This document shows positions 58,009-64,000 of a stretch of DNA of 64,000 bases, one piece after another. Within the stretch, counting starts at the first letter, position 1; each line of letters begins with the position of its first letter. The position numbers and the translations under genes were made by a program. Below the pieces are notes generated by a model, which ran no database searches, was not told the origin of the DNA, and worked only from the letters and a program-made list of their open reading frames with translations. The stretch comes from an uncultured Actinomycetota bacterium (GTDB lineage Bacteria > Actinomycetota > Actinomycetes > Propionibacteriales > Nocardioidaceae). The stretch covers positions 2,331 to 66,330 of the forward strand of contig CAVRKT010000022.1 in the NCBI GenBank assembly GCA_963721965.1, given 5' to 3'.

Positions 58009-58062
58009 TTGCACCGCGCGGGGTATCGAGTGCAAATCTGCACTCCGTGAATCAAAGTGCAA
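58009..58062. promoter_or_regulatory. Putative TetR operator array
   Basis: TGCAC/GTGCA half-sites occur four times; perfect GAGTGCA-AATC-TGCACTC at 58028-58045 directly before the tetR start. Confidence 0.6.
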
Positions 58063-58649
58063 CGACGATGTCCGTGGGTCGTCGTGCCGCCACGGCCGAG
58101 CGCATCACGCTGTGCGCCCAGCGGCTCACCGACGAGCGTGGCCTCGACGGCTTCACGATGGACGACCTGGCCGCCGCCGCCGAGGTCTCCCGGCGCACCC
58201 TGTTCAACTACTTCCCGAGCAAGGTCGACGCCGTCCTCGGCGCCGGTGCTCGACCTCGACCCCGACGACGTCGCCCGCGTTCCGCGCCGGCGGCCCCGAC
58301 GGCGACCTGGTGCAGGACCTGCGCGCGCTGGTGCTGCCGGTGATCGACGACCAGGTCGCCGACCGCGAGGCCGCCGCCCGCAGCCGCCGGATCCTGCGCA
58401 GCGAACCCCGGCTCATCGCCCGGGTGCACGAGCTGCTACGACGACATCAGCGCCGTCGTGGTCGAGCCACATCGTGGCCCGCGAGGACGCCACCTTCGAC
58501 AGCCCGACGGGCGCCGGGTCGCCGTCGCGCTGCTCGCCGCGGTGTTCGACGCCGCGCTCGAGGAGTTCCTCGTCGACCCGCGACGGCGCCACGTTCGTGC
58601 ACCACTTCGACGAGGCCTGCTCACCGCCCGCTCCCTGCTCGGCTCCTGA
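58047..58649 (+). CDS. TetR family transcriptional regulator (indels; start may be 58068)
   Basis: GLDGFTMDDLAAAAEVSRRTLFNYFPSK HTH. Confidence 0.9.
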
Positions 58650-58691
58650 CCGCCACCCCGACCGCCACCTCGACCGGAGACCTCCCACCTC

Positions 58692-61002
58692 ATGGCCACC
58701 TACCTGTACCGCCTCGGCCGCACCGCCTTCCGCCGCTGGCCGGCGTTCCTCGCCGGCTGGATCGTGCTGTTCGTCGCGGTCGGCGCGTTCGCCGCCGCGT
58801 TCTCGCAGCCCACCAGCGACGAGGTGAGCATCCCCGGCATCCCGTCGGAGGAGGCCGCCGACCTGCAGGCCGAGCTGTTCCCCGACATCCAAGGACGCCT
58901 TCGACGAGGCGACGGTCAACGTCGTGGTCGCCGCACCCGAGGGCGACCGGCTCGACCAGGCGCCGTACGCGGCCGCCGTCGCCGACCTGGTGGCCGACCT
59001 CGCGCGACGGCCCGCAGGTGCCGGCCGAGCTGCACGTCCGCCGAGGGCCAGGCGGCCGTGAACCCGGTGAACGCGCTCGAGGGCCCGCCCGCCGAGGGCG
59101 CCGCCGCCACGCTTCGCGCCGGTGACCGAGGACGGCCGGATCGGCGTCATCACCTTCGCCTTCGACGTCGACACCGTCAGCCGACGTCGACGCCGGCCAC
59201 GCAGGACGCCGTGCTCGGACGCTCTCGACGACGCGCGCGCGACGCCGGCCTGAGGCCGAGGCGAACGGCCAGGGCATGGGCGACTTCGCGCCGCCGGGCG
59301 GGCGGCCGAGCTCATCGGCATCGGCCTCGCGCTCGTCGTGCTGGTGCTCACCTTCGGCTCGCTCGTCGCCGCCGGCATGCCGATCCTCACCGCGATCTTC
59401 GGCGTCGGACTCGGCCTCACCGGCGTCACCGCGATGACGGCGTTCCTCGACATCAACTCCTCGACCCCGACGCTGGCGACGATGATCGGGCTGGCCGTCG
59501 GCATCGACTACTCGCTGTTCATCCTGGCCCGCTACCGCAGCGAGCTCGAGCACACCGACGACCGCGCCGAGGCGATCGGCCGCGCCGTCGGCACCTCCGG
59601 CTCCGCCGTGGTGTTCGCCGGCCTCACCGTGCTGATCGCGCTCGCCGCGCTGTCGGTGGTGGGCATCCCGTTCCTCACCGCCATGGGTCTGGCCGCCGCC
59701 GCGACGGTCCTCATCGCCGTCCTGGTGGCGCTCACCCTGCTGCCCGCGGTGCTCGGCATGCTGAAGTCGAAGGCCTTCGGCGGCCGGGTGCGCCGGTACG
59801 CCCCGAAGCGCGACGAGCGACGGCCAGGTGCTCAACAACGGCGTGCGCTGGGCCCGCCTCGTCGGTCGCCGTCCGGTGGCCGCCGTGATCCTCGTGGTCG
59901 TGGCGCTCGGTGCGCTGGCCCTCCCGCTCAAGGACCTCTACCTCGCCTTCCCGACCGACAGCACCGCGCCCAGCGACACCACCCAGCGCCAGGCGAGCGA
60001 CCTGCTCTCCGAGGGCTTCGGCCCGGGCCGCGAGGCACCGTTCTCGCTCGTGGTCGACGGCCGCGACCTGGCCGCCGGCGAGCGCGGCGACGCCTACGCC
60101 GAGGTCGTCGCGCTGGGCCGAGCAGCAGGACGGCGTCAGCCGCCGCCGCCGACGTCGCCGCCCTGGCCGGCCCGCAGGCCGCCGAGGAGGCGGCGACCGC
60201 GCCCGGCGCGCAGATCCTGCTGGTGCCCGAGTACGGCCCGGACGACGAGCGCACCCAGGAGCCTGCTGACCGACGCTGCGCGACGGCGAGGCCGGGATCG
60301 AGGACGCCACCGGCACCGACATCGGCATCACCGGCCTGACGGCGATCACCACCGACGTCTCCGACCGGCTCACCGGCGCGCTGCCGATCTACCTGGCGGT
60401 CGTGATCGGGCTGGCGTTCCTGCTGCTCATGGTGGTCTTCCGCTCGATCCTGGTGCCGCTGACCGCGACCTTCGGCTTCCTGCTGTCGGTGCTCGCCACG
60501 CTCGGCGTGACGGTGGCGGTGTTCCAGGAGGGCGCGTTCGGCCTGATGGAGGGCCAGCCGATCGTCAGCTTCATGCCGATCTTCGTGATCGGCGTGGTCT
60601 TCGGCCTGGCGATGGACTACCAGGTGTTCCTGGTGACCCGGATGCGCGAGGCCCACGTGCACGGCGCGTCGCACCCGCGAGGCCGTCGTCGACGGGTTCC
60701 GCAGCTCGGCGCGGGTCGTCACCGCCGCCGCGGTGATCATGACGGCGGTGTTCTCCGGCTTCGTGCTCGAGGACGACGCGATCATCAAGTCGATGGGCTT
60801 CGCGCTGGCCACCGCCGTGGTGTTCGACGCCTTCGTCGTGCGGATGGTGCTCATCCCCGCGCTGATGTACCTGCTCGGCGAGAAGGCGTGGTGGCTGCCG
60901 CGCTGGCTCGACCGGCTGCTGCCCGACGTCGACGTCGAGGGCGAGAAGCTGGTGCGTCCGCACCTGGACGAGCCCGAGCGCGAGCCGGTCCACGTCGGCT
61001 GA
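58692..61002 (+). CDS. MMPL (RND superfamily) transporter (many indels)
   Basis: MATYLYRLG, GLAVGIDYSLF, GSAVVFAG, GFGPG, FGLAMDYQVF and WWLPRWLDRLLP motifs. Confidence 0.93.
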
Positions 61003-61022
61003 CTCCTGGTTGACTGCCGCCC

Positions 61023-62097
61023 GTGACCCAGGGAACGACGCAGCAGATCCGGGTGGTCCAGTGGGCCACGGGCGGCGTCGGCCGGGCCGCGATCGAGGGA
61101 GTGCTCAGCCACCCCGACCTGGAGCTGGTGGGTTGCTGGGTCCACAGCGCCGAGAAGCAGGGGCGCGACGTCGGCGAGGTGCTCGGCCTGGGCCACCTCG
61201 GCGTCCGCACCACCGGCAGCCTCGAGGAGGTCTGCGCCCTCGACGCCGACGTCGTCGTCTACGCACCGCTGGTGCCCGACGAGACGCAGGTGGTCGCCCT
61301 GTTGCGGTCGGGAAAGGACGTCGTCACCCCGGTCGGCTGGATCTACCCGAACCCGGCGAAGGTCGCCGCGATCGAGGAGGCCTGCGCCGCGGGCGGCTCC
61401 ACCCTGCACGGCACCGGGATCCACCCCGGTGGCATCACCGAGCGGTTCCCGCTCATGGTCAGTGGCGTCAGCGCCCGGGTCACCCACGTGCGGGCCGAGG
61501 AGTTCTCCGACCTCCGCACCTACGGCGCCCCCGATGTCGTGCGCCACGTGATGGGATTCGGTGGCACCCCGCAGGAGGCGCTGGCGAGCCCGATGGCGGC
61601 GCTGCTGGGCGCCGGGTTCAAGGCCTCGGTGCGGATGGTCGTGGCCGAGCTGGGGTTCGCCGCCGACCCGAGTGTCGAGACGGTGCAGGAGGTCGCCGTC
61701 GCCACTGCGCCCGATCGACTCGCCGATCGGCCCGATCGAGCCGGGGCTGGTGGCGGCCCGGCGGTTCCGCTGGCGGGCGCTGGTCGACGGCGAGCCCGTC
61801 GTCACCGCCGCCGTCAACTGGCTGATGGGGGAGGACCACCTCGACCCCGCCTGGGGCTTCGGCCCCGAGGGCGAGCGGTTCGAGGTCGAGGTCACCGGCG
61901 ACCCGAGCGTGAAGCTCACCGTCCACGGTCTGCAGCCGGAGTCCGTGGAGGCCGGCCTCGAGCGCAACCCGGGCGTGGTCTCCACGGCGAACCACTGCGT
62001 GAACGCGATCCCCTACGTGCACGCCGCCGAGCCCGGCATCAGGACCTACCTCGACCTGCCCCTCATCGCCGGCCGCGCAGCCCCCCACCTGCGCTGA
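61023..62097 (+). CDS. DapB-like NAD(P)-binding oxidoreductase (2,4-diaminopentanoate / amine dehydrogenase family; indel)
   Basis: RVVQWATGGVG, LHGTGIHPG and TANHCVNAIPYV..AEPGIRTYLDLP motifs. Confidence 0.8.
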
Positions 62098-62155
62098 CCC
62101 GCCCGAAACTTTCGGGCGGGTCGCGACCCGCCCGAAAGTTTCGGGCGGGTCAGCG
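62092..62155. repeat. REP-like doublet, perfect 64-bp palindrome (copy 2)
   Basis: CGCT-GACCCGCCCGAAACTTTCGGGCGGGTC-GC-GACCCGCCCGAAAGTTTCGGGCGGGTC-AGCG is its own reverse complement. Confidence 0.92.
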
Positions 62156-62197
62156 TCGGTCGGGTACCGCGCTGCTAGGGTCGCCGACGAACCGACA

Positions 62198-63783
<1,586 letters not shown>

Positions 63784-63787
<4 letters not shown>

Positions 63788-64000
63788 CCGACCGCATCCT
63801 GGTCAAGGGCGCCCGCCTGCTCGGCGACGACGCCGCCGACCTGCTGCTCGCCGACGGCGTGATCGCCGAGATCGGCTCGCTCTCCGGACGCCGGAGCGCG
63901 CGTCGTCGACGCCGACGGGCTGGTGGCGCTGCCCGGCCTCGTCGACCTCCACACCCACCTGCGCGAGCCGGGCCGCGAGGACGCCGAGACGGTGCTCACC
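63784..64000 (+). CDS. pyrC: Dihydroorotase, N-terminal part (runs off the window)
   Basis: [18 protein letters not shown] motif. Confidence 0.94.

Noticed and set aside
52970-62155. Palindromic 27-bp units as a possible CRISPR array
   Set aside because: There are only adjacent doublets with 2-nt gaps, no spacers and no cas genes.

Overview
This is a very GC-rich actinobacterial chromosomal segment. Gene content, gene order and repeat types suggest Nocardioidaceae (Nocardioides-like); that assignment is inference. The backbone is the conserved core run thrS, HIT, pgsA, pdxS/pdxT, yebC, ruvCAB, yajC, secDF, apt, relA, DUF349, MBL hydrolase, hisS, aspS, rarA, alaS, ruvX, mltG, aroE, prepilin peptidase, aroCKBQ, efp, nusB, then pyrR-pyrB-pyrC. 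Nearly everything is on the + strand. Accessory modules are inserted into it: an F420-dependent enzyme plus a Ser/Thr kinase; an AurF-like diiron oxygenase/FprB/TetR unit; a xylose-type sugar ABC transporter with a ROK repressor; a SipW signal peptidase with three TasA-like SipW-cognate exported proteins splitting pdxS from pdxT; a BldK-order peptide ABC transporter; and a ~9 kb block between nusB and pyrR. Many genes, including essential ones, carry 1-nt indels. These are best explained as sequencing/assembly errors, so CDS coordinates span the frameshifts and some ends are approximate. The most interesting items are (1) a candidate sortase-independent TasA/SipW-type fibre system at 14884-17559 and (2) a 504-bp covarying nested palindrome whose ends supply the stop codons of both flanking convergent genes (27875-28378, with a truncated copy at 18937-19075). 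Other REP-like palindromes are also present. No rRNA, tRNA, CRISPR array or transposase was found.
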